The notes under the pieces: model-generated
The model's database searches: none
Seen by the model: only the letters and a program-made list of their open reading frames with translations
Told to the model about the DNA's origin: nothing
In this document: piece after piece, positions 10,533-20,666 of the stretch
Layout: every line of letters starts with the position of its first letter
Position numbering within the stretch: position 1 is the stretch's first letter
From: a virus
Lineage: Duplodnaviria; Heunggongvirae; Uroviricota; Caudoviricetes
Virus record (IMG/VR): IMGVR_UViG_2645728048_000030
Reading direction: 5' to 3' (one strand)
Length of the DNA: 35,944 nt
Program-made: the position numbers and the translations under genes

Positions 10533-12608
10533 TTACCAGCCTGTAATGTAGTTATCGCCCGCGTAAATATTCAGCCCCATACCGTCCTCGGTGACGCGGG
10601 AACTGGTCAGACGTAACCCCTCGGCAAGTTCGACGCGCAGCGAGGCTTCCGCATTCACTTTTTGTTCCTGCGGTTCCTTATCCGGGGCCGTCCATTTCTG
10701 ATACAGGTCGGTTACAAAACCGCCCAGATACTCCCCGGCGACACTGCCCAGCGTGGCACCGGCAACCGTACCCAGCGGTCCGGCAAGGCTGCCAACGGCA
10801 CCGCCGAGCCATGCACCGGCTGTACTGCCAATTGCGCCTGCTTTTTCATGGGTTGACGCCTGCTCATCCATCAGGACGGGGGCAAGCTGGAGTGCCCCCA
10901 TTACTGGGCCACCCAGACGTGACAACACACGACCGGCACCTTTCCCCATCCAGCCCAGCGCCCCGGCACCTTTTGTCACAACCCGACCGATCGCACTGCC
11001 TGCAAGTTTGTTTCCGATACCGGAAAACCACCCGCCAACAGCACGCCCGGCATCAGCCAGCTTTCCGACCGTTCCCGTAACCAGTTGCCCGGCAGCACTG
11101 CCTGCAAGCCTGCTCAGAAGACCGGATTTACCGGGTAAAGGTAATGGTGCAGGCCGTGCTGTTACCGGTACGCCGGGTGGGGGTAATGCCAGTACAGGGC
11201 GTGGTGCAGGTAATGCCAGCGGCTGTGGCCCGGACAGCAATAACGGCTGGCGGGGTAACAGCGGGGCCATTCTTCCGCCGCTCCGTCCGCGACGACCGCC
11301 GCCACTCCCGTAGCCACCAAATCCACGGGGCCAGTTGATGACAAACACACGCTGAATGCCGATACCCTGCAACAGCGTCTCAGACGTCATGGCATCCGGG
11401 ACCGGCAGACCTGCCTGCCCACGTTTGCGGTTTCGCATCCAGCGCCACATACGACGCCCGGTTTTAAACGGATAACTGGCAACCTGCCATGAGGGTTTTG
11501 CCACGGCCCAGCCTGCTCTCAGGGCTTTATTGGCAAGCCAGACAGACACCAGAACAGCAGCCAGTTTTTTCAGGCTGACAATATTCTGGTCAACCCATGC
11601 CAGCGCATCTTTACCCGGTTTCAGCCAGCGCCATAATTCCTGCGCCGCGATTTTTACCGTTCTGAACGTGGTCAGAAATTTCTGACCAATGTTTTCTGCC
11701 AGTGCGTCAAGTTCCCCGGATTTATCCGCCATGTCGTGCCAGTTAAGCACCCGGCGCATCTCGTTCTTGATTTCTTCAAAGGGGCCGCTGTTTGCCACCT
11801 TTATGCGAAATTCAAGCAGGTTAGCTTCCATCTGGGCGAACATCCCGTCCCAGGAGTTCATCGCACTGGCCTGTGCACCTTTTGACTGTTCTGACAGCGT
11901 TCTGAATACCGTCAGAATGGATTTCAGACCCAGCTTGCCTTTTTCACCTTGTTTGCGGATATCCTTAACGTCTTCTTTACCCAGTGCATCCGCCAGCGTC
12001 TGGTAAACGTTAATACCGTAACCGGTCAGCAGGTTGGCATCCGCCGCCGTGATTTGCTGGCGGGCAAACATCTGTTTCAGTTGCAGTGAGGCACCCTGTG
12101 CAGTGGGTAAATCCCAGCCGTGCATGGCCCCCTGATCCTGCAACATGGTGATGAACTGTTTCGTCTGTTCATCCGTCATGCCGAAGCCTTTCGACGAACG
12201 GATCTCATCCAGAACACCACTCAGCCCCCACGTGGTGTCCTTCGCGTTCTGCTTTGCCCAGGCCATCATGGCCTGCGCTCTGACCTTATCGCCGTGATAC
12301 AGCGAGTTCATGGCGATAATTTGCTGCTCACGCTGGGCGGCTGCACCAATAAACAGTTTATTGGCGGTGTAACCCACACCAGCGATACCCAGCGCCCCGG
12401 CTGACAGCATTCGGAATGTACGGGTTGACAGTGAACCCATTCTGTCAATGGCACCAGAAACGCGCACAACCTCCATACGCAGGGCACGAAGGGAACTTTG
12501 TCCGCTACGGGACAGGGCGTTTATCTGGTTCGAATACTGGCGGGAACGCCGGGAAAGATTGCCATTAAGATCAATAATGACAGACGCCTTTAAGCGTTTC
12601 CCGGTCAT
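10533..12608 (-). CDS. Tail tape-measure protein
   Basis: 691 codons, Gly/Ala-rich C-terminal region, located after the tail chaperone gene. Confidence 0.75.
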   Translation of the reverse strand: MTGKRLKASVIIDLNGNLSRRSRQYSNQINALSRSGQSSLRALRMEVVRVSGAIDRMGSLSTRTFRMLSAGALGIAGVGYTANKLFIGAAAQREQQIIAMNSLYHGDKVRAQAMMAWAKQNAKDTTWGLSGVLDEIRSSKGFGMTDEQTKQFITMLQDQGAMHGWDLPTAQGASLQLKQMFARQQITAADANLLTGYGINVYQTLADALGKEDVKDIRKQGEKGKLGLKSILTVFRTLSEQSKGAQASAMNSWDGMFAQMEANLLEFRIKVANSGPFEEIKNEMRRVLNWHDMADKSGELDALAENIGQKFLTTFRTVKIAAQELWRWLKPGKDALAWVDQNIVSLKKLAAVLVSVWLANKALRAGWAVAKPSWQVASYPFKTGRRMWRWMRNRKRGQAGLPVPDAMTSETLLQGIGIQRVFVINWPRGFGGYGSGGGRRGRSGGRMAPLLPRQPLLLSGPQPLALPAPRPVLALPPPGVPVTARPAPLPLPGKSGLLSRLAGSAAGQLVTGTVGKLADAGRAVGGWFSGIGNKLAGSAIGRVVTKGAGALGWMGKGAGRVLSRLGGPVMGALQLAPVLMDEQASTHEKAGAIGSTAGAWLGGAVGSLAGPLGTVAGATLGSVAGEYLGGFVTDLYQKWTAPDKEPQEQKVNAEASLRVELAEGLRLTSSRVTEDGMGLNIYAGDNYITGW

Positions 12609-12752
12609 AGAGATTTCCTGATTTAACGGTGATATTGAGAGAGGGTTTTAGCCTGCTGGCAGTGCCGGAAAAAGCGGGACAGCGGGAGGGATAAGGCCCA
12701 TTCCGGGCCACTTTTCAGAATAACGCCAATCGCTGTCGCCGCTTTCTCAATA

Positions 12753-13187
12753 TCATTCCGGCACCGCAGCCACTCGCCCCCGTTCTTGTGTCAGCGATGC
12801 CGCCACAGCCATGTCGTACATTTCTGTAGCCAGCGACAGACGCTGGAAGTCATCAACAGACAGCTTGCGCATCAGCGCCAGCGATAACGGGCCTTTGATG
12901 CAACCCACGCTGGCAATCTGTCGGCGCAGCATTTCCAGTCCCATCCGGGACGGGGAACTGACCAGCACCGGGCCTTCCTTGCTCATTACCAGCTTTTCAG
13001 CAGCCGCCTGGGCATCAATCAGATCGCCTGCGGTCAGTTCACGCAGCGTCACGTCATACTGCATTTCAGTCTCGTCACCGGTGCCGAACGGCAGGCCGTC
13101 TTTCAGTTTCAGCACGCCGGACTGAATTTCTGCCACAATGCTGTCATGCAGTTCCTGTGCTTCAGGACCTAAATTCATTTCGTCCAT
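12753..13187 (-). CDS. Tail assembly chaperone-like protein (Mu Y-like)
   Basis: 144-codon acidic protein between tube and tape-measure genes. Confidence 0.6.
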   Translation of the reverse strand: MDEMNLGPEAQELHDSIVAEIQSGVLKLKDGLPFGTGDETEMQYDVTLRELTAGDLIDAQAAAEKLVMSKEGPVLVSSPSRMGLEMLRRQIASVGCIKGPLSLALMRKLSVDDFQRLSLATEMYDMAVAASLTQERGRVAAVPE

Positions 13188-13196
13188 TGTTTCCCC

Positions 13197-13553
13197 TTAT
13201 GCAATGCGTTTGCTTTGTTTTGCCATCAGTACCAGCGAAATTTCGCCGCCGTCGTTTTTCGGTTCATCTGCCTGCCAGGCATTCGCCATCATCCAGGTTT
13301 CACCGGTGTCTGCCTGAAACTCTGCCGTGATGTTTTCCCAGCCGATGATTTCATCCAGACCGATATCACCACCGCCCGGAATTTTGCATTCCAGCTTTGC
13401 GGCACGTGGTTTACCTTTCCAGCCATAAACCCGCGAGCCGGTCACTTCTTCACGGGTGATACCGGAAGGCGTGAAGGAGGCACCTTCCATCGTTTCAAGC
13501 TCCATGCCATTGACACGGATGAACGCCACCCCCTGACGCTGATTTCCAGCCAT
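13197..13553 (-). CDS. M: Tail tube protein
   Basis: 118 codons directly after the sheath gene. Confidence 0.8.
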   Translation of the reverse strand: MAGNQRQGVAFIRVNGMELETMEGASFTPSGITREEVTGSRVYGWKGKPRAAKLECKIPGGGDIGLDEIIGWENITAEFQADTGETWMMANAWQADEPKNDGGEISLVLMAKQSKRIA

Positions 13554-13562
13554 AAATGCTCC

Positions 13563-15050
13563 TTACAGAATGAACTGAACTTGTGCCGCGAAAATGCGGA
13601 ACTGGTTAATCAGATTCGGGCCGCAAAGCACATCAAGACGGTCTTTGTCGTCCTTGTTACGTGCCACATACAGCTCCTCTTTGAACGTGTCGAAATCCTC
13701 GACCAGTCCGGCGTTTTCCCATTCTTCAAACAGTGCCAGCAGCTCCGTTTTGATCACGGATGGCGTCACCACGGCCTGACCGGTGGCAAAGCGGGTGCCA
13801 TCACTTGCCAGCTTGTAGTTCGGGAATTTCTGCGTGATGCGGGTTCGCAGTGAATAACGCAGATAACTCAGCGTGGCGATGGTATTCACGTTCAGATAAG
13901 ACGGATCACTGTCACCGTACTTGTTTGTGCGGTACATCGTGATCATGCGTTCAATCTGCATTTCACCACCATCATTCACGTTAAACGTGGAGATGCCGTC
14001 AAACAGCAGCGCATTACGTTCTGACCAGGTGAAACGATCCCCCACCGCAGGCGGCATTCTTCCGGGCAACGTCAGCGTCTGGAGAGGACGCGCCGGGTCG
14101 ATGGAAAGCGCCTGGCTGGCAACGGCACACAGTGTGGCGGCGTACAGATATGACGGTTCCGGTGCACCGGCAATCCCCATACAGGAGATCAGATGATCAT
14201 TACGACTGACACCAAACGTGGAAATATCCCCATACGTGCCGGACAGCACTGTCACAGCAAAGCCATCAGCCTGATTGACCGGTCCCCAGCGTTCCTGCAA
14301 TTCAGTGCGTAACAGATTCAGGTTCGGTTCATCGGTATAGGGCATCACAATATATTTGTATTGCAGATCGCCCATTCCCGCGATACTTGCGCTGATATCC
14401 GGGTTGCCATTTTTACCGGAGGCGGCTTTGAATGCCGTGATAATCCCGTAAGGGGTGGTTTCACCCGCGTAATAGTTCCAGCGCACATCCACGGCAGATA
14501 ATGCACCCGTAAATTTTGCACTCAGAACCACATCTGCATAGGTGTCATCATCTCCGCTGTCTGCGCGAACTTCTGCCGTCACCGGTAAATCCGGCTGGCC
14601 TTTGATTCGGGCAACCAGCAGGTCAGCCAGCGCAGCCCCTTTTGTACCTGCTGCGACGGATACCGCCAGTCGCTGACCGGCAATATAGGTCACAAGCGAG
14701 CCGTTTTCGCCTGCCGTTCCTGACAGTGAGATTTCACCGACAGCAGCATTACCGGTGCCGTTTCCCTGCGGGATACACCACAGCTCCGCCACGCGGTTAG
14801 CGTTCAGGAATGCATCTGCCATCAGTGCCAGCATGGAACCCTGACCAAACGCCGCACTGGCCTGTGAGCCGGAACGGATACGGACAGGCACGTTCGGTGC
14901 GGCACTGGCTTTACTTCCGCTTTGCCCGAACATCAGCACGCGCTGGCGGGGAGCCGGTGTTCCGCTGACGGCATTGCTGTTATCAAATTCGATATACGTC
15001 AGAGGAACGCGAACATCTGACGGGATCGCGTTAAATGAAATATCGCTCAT
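13563..15050 (-). CDS. L: Contractile tail sheath protein
   Basis: 495 codons, position upstream of tube gene. Confidence 0.9.
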   Translation of the reverse strand: MSDISFNAIPSDVRVPLTYIEFDNSNAVSGTPAPRQRVLMFGQSGSKASAAPNVPVRIRSGSQASAAFGQGSMLALMADAFLNANRVAELWCIPQGNGTGNAAVGEISLSGTAGENGSLVTYIAGQRLAVSVAAGTKGAALADLLVARIKGQPDLPVTAEVRADSGDDDTYADVVLSAKFTGALSAVDVRWNYYAGETTPYGIITAFKAASGKNGNPDISASIAGMGDLQYKYIVMPYTDEPNLNLLRTELQERWGPVNQADGFAVTVLSGTYGDISTFGVSRNDHLISCMGIAGAPEPSYLYAATLCAVASQALSIDPARPLQTLTLPGRMPPAVGDRFTWSERNALLFDGISTFNVNDGGEMQIERMITMYRTNKYGDSDPSYLNVNTIATLSYLRYSLRTRITQKFPNYKLASDGTRFATGQAVVTPSVIKTELLALFEEWENAGLVEDFDTFKEELYVARNKDDKDRLDVLCGPNLINQFRIFAAQVQFIL

Positions 15051-15253
15051 TTCGATTTACTCCGTTTTTTCGGCGCAGCGTCGGTATCATCCGCCGTGTT
15101 TTCGGTGCTCCCGACTTCAACCACATCACCGGCTGCAAGGCGACGTATCCAGAAACTGTTACGGGGCTTTTCTTCTCCCTCCGGAGCCAGTAATTTCATC
15201 GTGAGCGGGTCACGGATGGCTTTTCCCGCTGCGGGTTTAATTTTCAGCATCAT
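15047..15253 (-). CDS. Small virion-associated protein (Mu gp38-like)
   Basis: 68-codon ORF, stop overlaps sheath start. Confidence 0.5.
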   Translation of the reverse strand: MMLKIKPAAGKAIRDPLTMKLLAPEGEEKPRNSFWIRRLAAGDVVEVGSTENTADDTDAAPKKRSKSK

Positions 15254-15785
15254 GATCCTTTTCCTGATTCACATTGATATGTGCGGCAAATTCCGGGGTT
15301 TCGTCCGGGAATTTCCAGGTCTGCCAGTGACGCTCGTAATCATCCAGCGAATCCATGTCCACCACGGACGGCAGCGGGGTAGTGCCACTGAACAGAACGC
15401 CGTAAAGCACCACACCGGCATTAATACGGTTGTCGTCACAAAGATTTCTGACCTGCGTCAGTCTCATCCCGGTGGTCGGGCCAAACGTCTGACCGTTAAC
15501 ACCGGCAATCAGTCGCTCCACAATCTGATAAATACCGGGCCGGTTTACCGGTTCCCCGTTCAGCAACTCCGCCACGACAAAAAATGCCCAGCGACTTTCA
15601 ACTTCCCGACGCGTACGCCCCTCACCACAGCCCATCCATGCCAGAAATACCGATGGAGGGGCCAGAAAGAGACGGTGCACATCCTCGTTAGTCCATGTGC
15701 CGGTAAGGGGTTCCACCTGCCGCAGGGTTGCCCCAAACAACTCACGAACGCGCGCCAGCAGTGCGGCTTCGGTTTCTTCCAGCAT
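15237..15785 (-). CDS. Neck/tail completion protein (Mu K-like)
   Basis: 182 codons, synteny between head and sheath genes. Confidence 0.6.
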   Translation of the reverse strand: MLEETEAALLARVRELFGATLRQVEPLTGTWTNEDVHRLFLAPPSVFLAWMGCGEGRTRREVESRWAFFVVAELLNGEPVNRPGIYQIVERLIAGVNGQTFGPTTGMRLTQVRNLCDDNRINAGVVLYGVLFSGTTPLPSVVDMDSLDDYERHWQTWKFPDETPEFAAHINVNQEKDHDAEN

Positions 15786-16210
15786 CAGATAAACCCCTTC
15801 TGTTTTCGTGAGAAGACCGGCGCGTCAGACTGCACCTGCACAAGGTTTTCACCATCCGGCGAGGCTGCCGTCCTGCTTTCCACGCCGGGATCTGTTTTGC
15901 CATCGCGCACCTGTTCCAGCCAGCGCACTGTGTCCCTGTAGGCAGCGGTGATCTGCTCGGTGGGTTGTGATTCATTCAGATAAAACCAGGCCACCACGCA
16001 ACACTGCCGTTTCAGCAGTGAGGGGACGACGGTAAGCGGCAGAACAAAGCGCGCGGCGAGATAGCCATCAATAAAGGCCGAAGCATCTGCCAGTGCCTGT
16101 TCTGCCACGGCATCATCCGGCTGCCCGTCCGCTGTTTTAGGGCGGGTGAGAATATCCAGCCGCGTACGTGTATAGCGGGCGCACAGGTCATTTACCGTCG
16201 CGTAATTCAT
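15785..16210 (-). CDS. Head completion/neck protein (Mu J-like)
   Basis: 141 codons, synteny. Confidence 0.6.
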   Translation of the reverse strand: MNYATVNDLCARYTRTRLDILTRPKTADGQPDDAVAEQALADASAFIDGYLAARFVLPLTVVPSLLKRQCCVVAWFYLNESQPTEQITAAYRDTVRWLEQVRDGKTDPGVESRTAASPDGENLVQVQSDAPVFSRKQKGFI

Positions 16211-16617
16211 GCATCCGCCTCAGCCAGCGCCGCTTTGATTTGCGCGCTGCTTACCGGTTCCCCCAGCGCCGCACTGAGGGCTTTCACTTTGGGTTCTCCT
16301 CCTGCGGTAAAGTGTTCCGGGTTTGCCTTATCCAGACCGGCAACGGTCGCACGGATACGGGCGTTCAGATCGCCCACACCCAGAACGTCCAGCCCCCCAG
16401 CCTCAGCGAGCGTTTCTGCTGACGATGCAGATACCACAGACAGCACGCTGTCGGCACGAATGATCGCCAGTTGTTCTTCGGTGACTTCCACGGTGTTTTC
16501 GCCACGTGTAAAGGCGATTCCGGCGCGGCGGTAGACCGGACGAAGGCATTTAATAATCGCCGTGCAAGTGATGCGAGAAGTGTCCAGCCATTGTGAATTA
16601 AGCGAAGTGCCTGACAT
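16207..16617 (-). CDS. Hypothetical head-associated protein (Mu gp35-like)
   Basis: 136 codons, ATG with GGAGGA SD about 8 nt upstream. Confidence 0.55.
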   Translation of the reverse strand: MSGTSLNSQWLDTSRITCTAIIKCLRPVYRRAGIAFTRGENTVEVTEEQLAIIRADSVLSVVSASSAETLAEAGGLDVLGVGDLNARIRATVAGLDKANPEHFTAGGEPKVKALSAALGEPVSSAQIKAALAEADA

Positions 16618-16651
16618 AACACATGCTCCTCCTTTTCCTTTAAATCAGGTT

Positions 16652-16675
16652 AAAAGGCGGTCTGAACCGCCTTTT
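16652..16675 (-). terminator. Hairpin immediately downstream of the major capsid gene
   Basis: Perfect 10-bp stem aaaaggcggt / accgcctttt with 4-nt loop, T-run after it on the minus strand, about 8 nt after the T stop. Confidence 0.55.
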
Positions 16676-16683
16676 AATGACGG

Positions 16684-17601
16684 TTACAGGTAGTCAGCGA
16701 CAACCAGTTGCAGCTTGCCCTTCATCTCGTTGGAGACGGTGGTATTGCCATCCGCGAACAGTTCACGGTTAAGCAGTTGCTCTGCGGCTTTTTCCAGCCC
16801 GACCGGTACAACGATATGCGTCGGCTTCAGGCCCAGCTTCTTACCGCCATCACCTTCAAAAGATCGCATCAGTTGCCAGCCCTTCCAGAGGTTATCCAGC
16901 GTCAGATCGCCTTTTACCGCGACAGCCATCTGCCAGAAGCCGTAACCGGCAGCACGGCGGGCGCTGGCACCAAACAGGAACTCGTTATCCATAAAAACGT
17001 GGTCGTCATCGATACGGGTACGTGCGACCAGTTCCGGTTTGCGGCGCTCCTGGAAAATCAGCGGTTTGACTGCGCGGGAGCAGTCCAGCAGATAGAATGG
17101 CAGACCGCTGAAGCTGTCCTGCTCAACGATGTTGGAGGTATTAACCGCGCTGCCCGTGCCGTCCACATTCGGATATACCGGATGCTCCTTGTCGAAGAAG
17201 TTCTGACCGTCATAGCAGGGCTGGGTAAAGCCATCTTTCAGAAGTTTAAAAATCAGCTCATCCGGCTGAACTGCCGCAGAACGGCCCATCTCCTGAAAAA
17301 TCGGCGCATAAATACCCAGATTGTCATCCTCGAAGTCATCACGGGAAATACCCACGGTGCCTTCAAACGTTTTATTGGCGATGGAGTAGCCATGCGCTTC
17401 CATTTGCTGAATGGTTCGCTTACCCACCCATTCTTTCAGGGTCGGGAATTTACCCAGCCAGCCATAGGTATTACTGCGGGTGGAAGAGTTCACCACCATT
17501 GCAATTTTGCTGTACTGCGACGGGGCGTCTTCAAGACCGCCCTGAAAATCCTTACGCCAGGAGGTCATCAGGGCTTTAATGGATGCCGGGGTGACAATCA
17601 T
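16684..17601 (-). CDS. T: Major capsid protein
   Basis: 305 codons, follows protease/scaffold gene. Confidence 0.9.
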   Translation of the reverse strand: MIVTPASIKALMTSWRKDFQGGLEDAPSQYSKIAMVVNSSTRSNTYGWLGKFPTLKEWVGKRTIQQMEAHGYSIANKTFEGTVGISRDDFEDDNLGIYAPIFQEMGRSAAVQPDELIFKLLKDGFTQPCYDGQNFFDKEHPVYPNVDGTGSAVNTSNIVEQDSFSGLPFYLLDCSRAVKPLIFQERRKPELVARTRIDDDHVFMDNEFLFGASARRAAGYGFWQMAVAVKGDLTLDNLWKGWQLMRSFEGDGGKKLGLKPTHIVVPVGLEKAAEQLLNRELFADGNTTVSNEMKGKLQLVVADYL

Positions 17602-18683
17602 TTTTCTTGTTCCTGTTTCATTTTCAGATACTCAGCCTCTGTAATGCCGAGCGCCTTCACTGCTGCCTGTTCATCAGCAGACAGCACCGCCACAGCCGTT
17701 TTTTCCTGCGACGGGATTTTCGCTGTGGTGGTCTGCATGGCAGATAACGCAGCGATGGGCTGTTTTTTCTCAAGCTGTGCCGACAGTGCCGCCACGCCAA
17801 TCTGACCGCCAAGCTGTTCCAGATAGGCACGTTCGCTTTTGAAAATGCGGCCTTCCTGTTCCGCCTTGTCCAGAACGGCGCTCAGGCTGGCTGTGGCGCT
17901 TTGTGCAGTCGCCTGTGCCAGTTCATCACGCAGGGCGTTGTAGCTTTCCACCGGGACGTATTTCGTCAGGTCAACGGCGGCTTTCTGTGCCTTTTCCAGT
18001 TCGGCGGATAACGACGCCACTTTTCCGGCATCTGTTTCGAGCGCATCAAGCGCACTCAGGGCCGCGCTGGCCTGTTCATCGGTGATGTCTGCATTTTCGG
18101 GGACCGTCACCCCAAGACGCGCAAGCAGCTTGCGCAGCGTTTCATTCATGGGTTTGTTCTCCTGTTGAAGGATGTCGGGAAGGTCTGCCGCCAGTGCGGT
18201 CAGCTTTTTCATGCCGGTGGCACCGGGGTCATTGGTCAGCGCAGCAAGGCGGATTTGCAGCACCGCACCGGTGGCGGTGTCATACGGAAAAACCGCAGAG
18301 AGATAACCAAATTCACCGTCATCGATGCGCTGCTGTGCCGCCGCCGTCCAGCGTGGGTGGATAAATAATCCTTCACCTTCACGCCACTGCATTTCATCGG
18401 CGTTAAACCAGCCAGCCGCGACGAGTTGTTCCGGGGGTAATCCTTTGTCCTTACGTAGCTGGTTATGCTCGTAATCAATCAGCACGTCCTGGTTGAGCGC
18501 GCGAACGCCTTCAACCAGACGCCCGGCAATCTCACCGTCGATGAACCACCCCTGACCACCTGTCACATCAAACGGACGACCATCACGGGCACTGAAATGA
18601 CCGGCAGGCAATAGCTGGCACCAGCCGTCATCGTCAATGGACAGCGCACTCAATGCGGCAATGCCAATCGCGTGTTTTTTCAT
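17598..18683 (-). CDS. I: Head protease / scaffold protein (Mu I, with nested Z scaffold)
   Basis: 361 codons, Ala/Gln-rich coiled-coil C-terminal half typical of scaffold. Confidence 0.85.
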   Translation of the reverse strand: MKKHAIGIAALSALSIDDDGWCQLLPAGHFSARDGRPFDVTGGQGWFIDGEIAGRLVEGVRALNQDVLIDYEHNQLRKDKGLPPEQLVAAGWFNADEMQWREGEGLFIHPRWTAAAQQRIDDGEFGYLSAVFPYDTATGAVLQIRLAALTNDPGATGMKKLTALAADLPDILQQENKPMNETLRKLLARLGVTVPENADITDEQASAALSALDALETDAGKVASLSAELEKAQKAAVDLTKYVPVESYNALRDELAQATAQSATASLSAVLDKAEQEGRIFKSERAYLEQLGGQIGVAALSAQLEKKQPIAALSAMQTTTAKIPSQEKTAVAVLSADEQAAVKALGITEAEYLKMKQEQEK

Positions 18684-18879
18684 GTCCTGCTGCTCATCAT
18701 GGTTTGTGAGCAGTCAGTTTGCGGGAGGTGCGGGAAAATCTGGGGTTATGCTATTTGAGTAATGGAGAAAGAAAGTGGAAGGAAGATAAAACGGGATTCA
18801 TACACCGTTAAATACCGGTTTAAAAATCCCGTGGCGCGTTTTAAAAAATCTGTGCGGCTGATTTTATGCCTGATTCTGT
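18684..18879 (-). promoter_or_regulatory. Non-coding gap between G and I: expected late promoter P-I and central strong gyrase site
   Basis: 196 bp without a credible ORF near the centre of the phage genome; in Mu this gap carries P-I and the strong gyrase site. Confidence 0.5.
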
Positions 18880-19350
18880 TTATTGCCTCAGAGCGACGCT
18901 GACGCGTTTTCTGATGGCATCAAAAATTTCCTGTTCCCCGGTCTTATCCAGCCCCATATAAGGACGAGCAGGAACGCCTGCCGGGCGGGGTGCCATATCG
19001 GGTGTACCGCCCCACTGATGAATGGCAGCATAAATTTTTGGCGAACCAATCAGGGCATAATCCTGTCCATAATCGGTGGTAATGCTGCGTGCCAGATCGC
19101 CATGCAGGGTAAGGATACTGCCCGGAACAAAACCATGATCCTGACGCCATGCCAGCCACGAATCGCTCCACGCTTCCCAGCCTTTCCCTGTATCCGGGTC
19201 TGCCTGCCGTTCAAATGCCTGTTCCGTGGATGACAGCAGCGCCGCAGCCATCACACGGGGAATGGCGCGGTCACGTGTAACGGTTCCCAGTTCATCCAGT
19301 GCAAGCTGAATACGTCGCACATCCACGGCAACGTTCATATCAAGACTCAC
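18880..19350 (-). CDS. G: Virion morphogenesis protein (Mu G-like)
   Basis: 156 codons, synteny. Confidence 0.75.
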   Translation of the reverse strand: MSLDMNVAVDVRRIQLALDELGTVTRDRAIPRVMAAALLSSTEQAFERQADPDTGKGWEAWSDSWLAWRQDHGFVPGSILTLHGDLARSITTDYGQDYALIGSPKIYAAIHQWGGTPDMAPRPAGVPARPYMGLDKTGEQEIFDAIRKRVSVALRQ

Positions 19351-20666
19351 TTATTCACCTCCACATGCCCCTCCAGTACGTCAATCATCCCGTCAGCAAT
19401 CGCGGCTTCAAGCGACTGTGCAGATACGCGGCTGATACTGACCAGCACATCCGCACGGTCATTCTGCCTGCCGACTGTCTGTGATGTTCTGACCACAATC
19501 CGGGCCATGCCGTCACGGGTTGCCACAACATACAGCAACTGGTGGTTCTCCCTGTCCCACAATACCGCCTGTGGTTTTGCCATCAGCGACGGCAGACGCT
19601 GTAAATCTTCCGGTTTCAGGGCGGCATCAGCAGTGGTCGCCAGACTTTTCCCGTTCATCACAAGCAGACGGGCTGGCATATTCCCGGTGCGCTGATGTAC
19701 GGCTTCAGCTACCGATTCCGTCATAAAACCCAGTGCCCGGATTTCATGACCGGTCTGACGTAATCCTGCCAGGCGTTTAAGCCAGAGGGAAAAAGCAAGC
19801 TGACGCTCCCGGCTGTTATTCAGCGTCTGAACAACCTGCTCACGCAACTGCGCGTCGCGAATTTCCACCAGTTTTCGAATCAGTGCCTGATCCGTACCAA
19901 ATGCCGCCGAACCGGGGTTATATGACCAGCCCACATCCGGCGTCATTTTTACCCGACCGTTGTCAAACGTGGTTGACGATGTGCGGAAAATCTCGCCGGT
20001 GCTTTCATCCGTACCGGCATCCACTTCGCGGGTATTCATGAATGACGCACCATAACTGACCTGTAACCCCAGTTCTTTCATGCGGGCCGCAGACAGCGCC
20101 CGGACGCGACAGCGGCAGTTCCAGCCATTGGGCGGGTAATGCGTCTGCCAGAAAATGTCGTCATACCGGAAAACCATATTGTGCAGCCGCGCATGTTCCG
20201 GGCGTGTTCTGCCATCCATAACGGCAATGTACTGCCAGTACGGGTACAAATCGGCGGTATTCATCATCTGCGCATAACGTCCTGCCCCATACGCCGTACG
20301 GGTATTGACGTTATAAATGGTTGCCAGACGACGCGGACTGCCCAGCTCGATTACCTTTGCGTTTCCGTCTGCATCCACGATGATTTGTTTTCCCCACCAT
20401 CCGAGTTTTTGCAGCCGGGGGGCCAGTGTGCGGGTAAATTCCTCACGGGTGATGCCTTCACTGACAGCCCGCTCCACTTCCTCACGGATTGTGGTCAGTA
20501 CATCCATCCGGGTGGCTTTGGCAACGGTAAAGGCGCGTGCGTGCGCGTCTGCCAGTTGTTCGTACCAGTTCCAGGTGATATTGTAGCCTTTGGCGCGGAA
20601 ATACGCGACAGCCTCCTTTGGCGGGAGGCGTGCGGCATACGCCAGATCAATGGTCTGCTGCGGCAT
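19347..20666 (-). CDS. F: Head morphogenesis protein (Mu F-like)
   Basis: Track ORF extends to 20702; an internal ATG at codon 13 is the more likely start. Synteny after portal. Confidence 0.8.
   Translation of the reverse strand: MPQQTIDLAYAARLPPKEAVAYFRAKGYNITWNWYEQLADAHARAFTVAKATRMDVLTTIREEVERAVSEGITREEFTRTLAPRLQKLGWWGKQIIVDADGNAKVIELGSPRRLATIYNVNTRTAYGAGRYAQMMNTADLYPYWQYIAVMDGRTRPEHARLHNMVFRYDDIFWQTHYPPNGWNCRCRVRALSAARMKELGLQVSYGASFMNTREVDAGTDESTGEIFRTSSTTFDNGRVKMTPDVGWSYNPGSAAFGTDQALIRKLVEIRDAQLREQVVQTLNNSRERQLAFSLWLKRLAGLRQTGHEIRALGFMTESVAEAVHQRTGNMPARLLVMNGKSLATTADAALKPEDLQRLPSLMAKPQAVLWDRENHQLLYVVATRDGMARIVVRTSQTVGRQNDRADVLVSISRVSAQSLEAAIADGMIDVLEGHVEVNK

Noticed and set aside
10753-11313. 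186-codon Pro/Ala-rich plus-strand ORF
   Set aside because: Antisense to the Gly/Ala-rich region of the tape-measure gene; low-complexity artefact.
15096-15941. 281-codon plus-strand ORF
   Set aside because: Antisense to the tiled neck/tail-completion genes; low-complexity Pro/Arg/Gly-rich translation; no start context.
16708-17805. 365-codon plus-strand ORF
   Set aside because: Lies entirely antisense to the well-supported major capsid gene; typical long antisense frame in GC-rich coding DNA; no SD or intergenic context.
18762-18902. 47-codon basic plus-strand ORF in the G-I gap
   Set aside because: No SD, overlaps the 3' end of G on the opposite strand, and the gap is better explained as promoter plus gyrase site.
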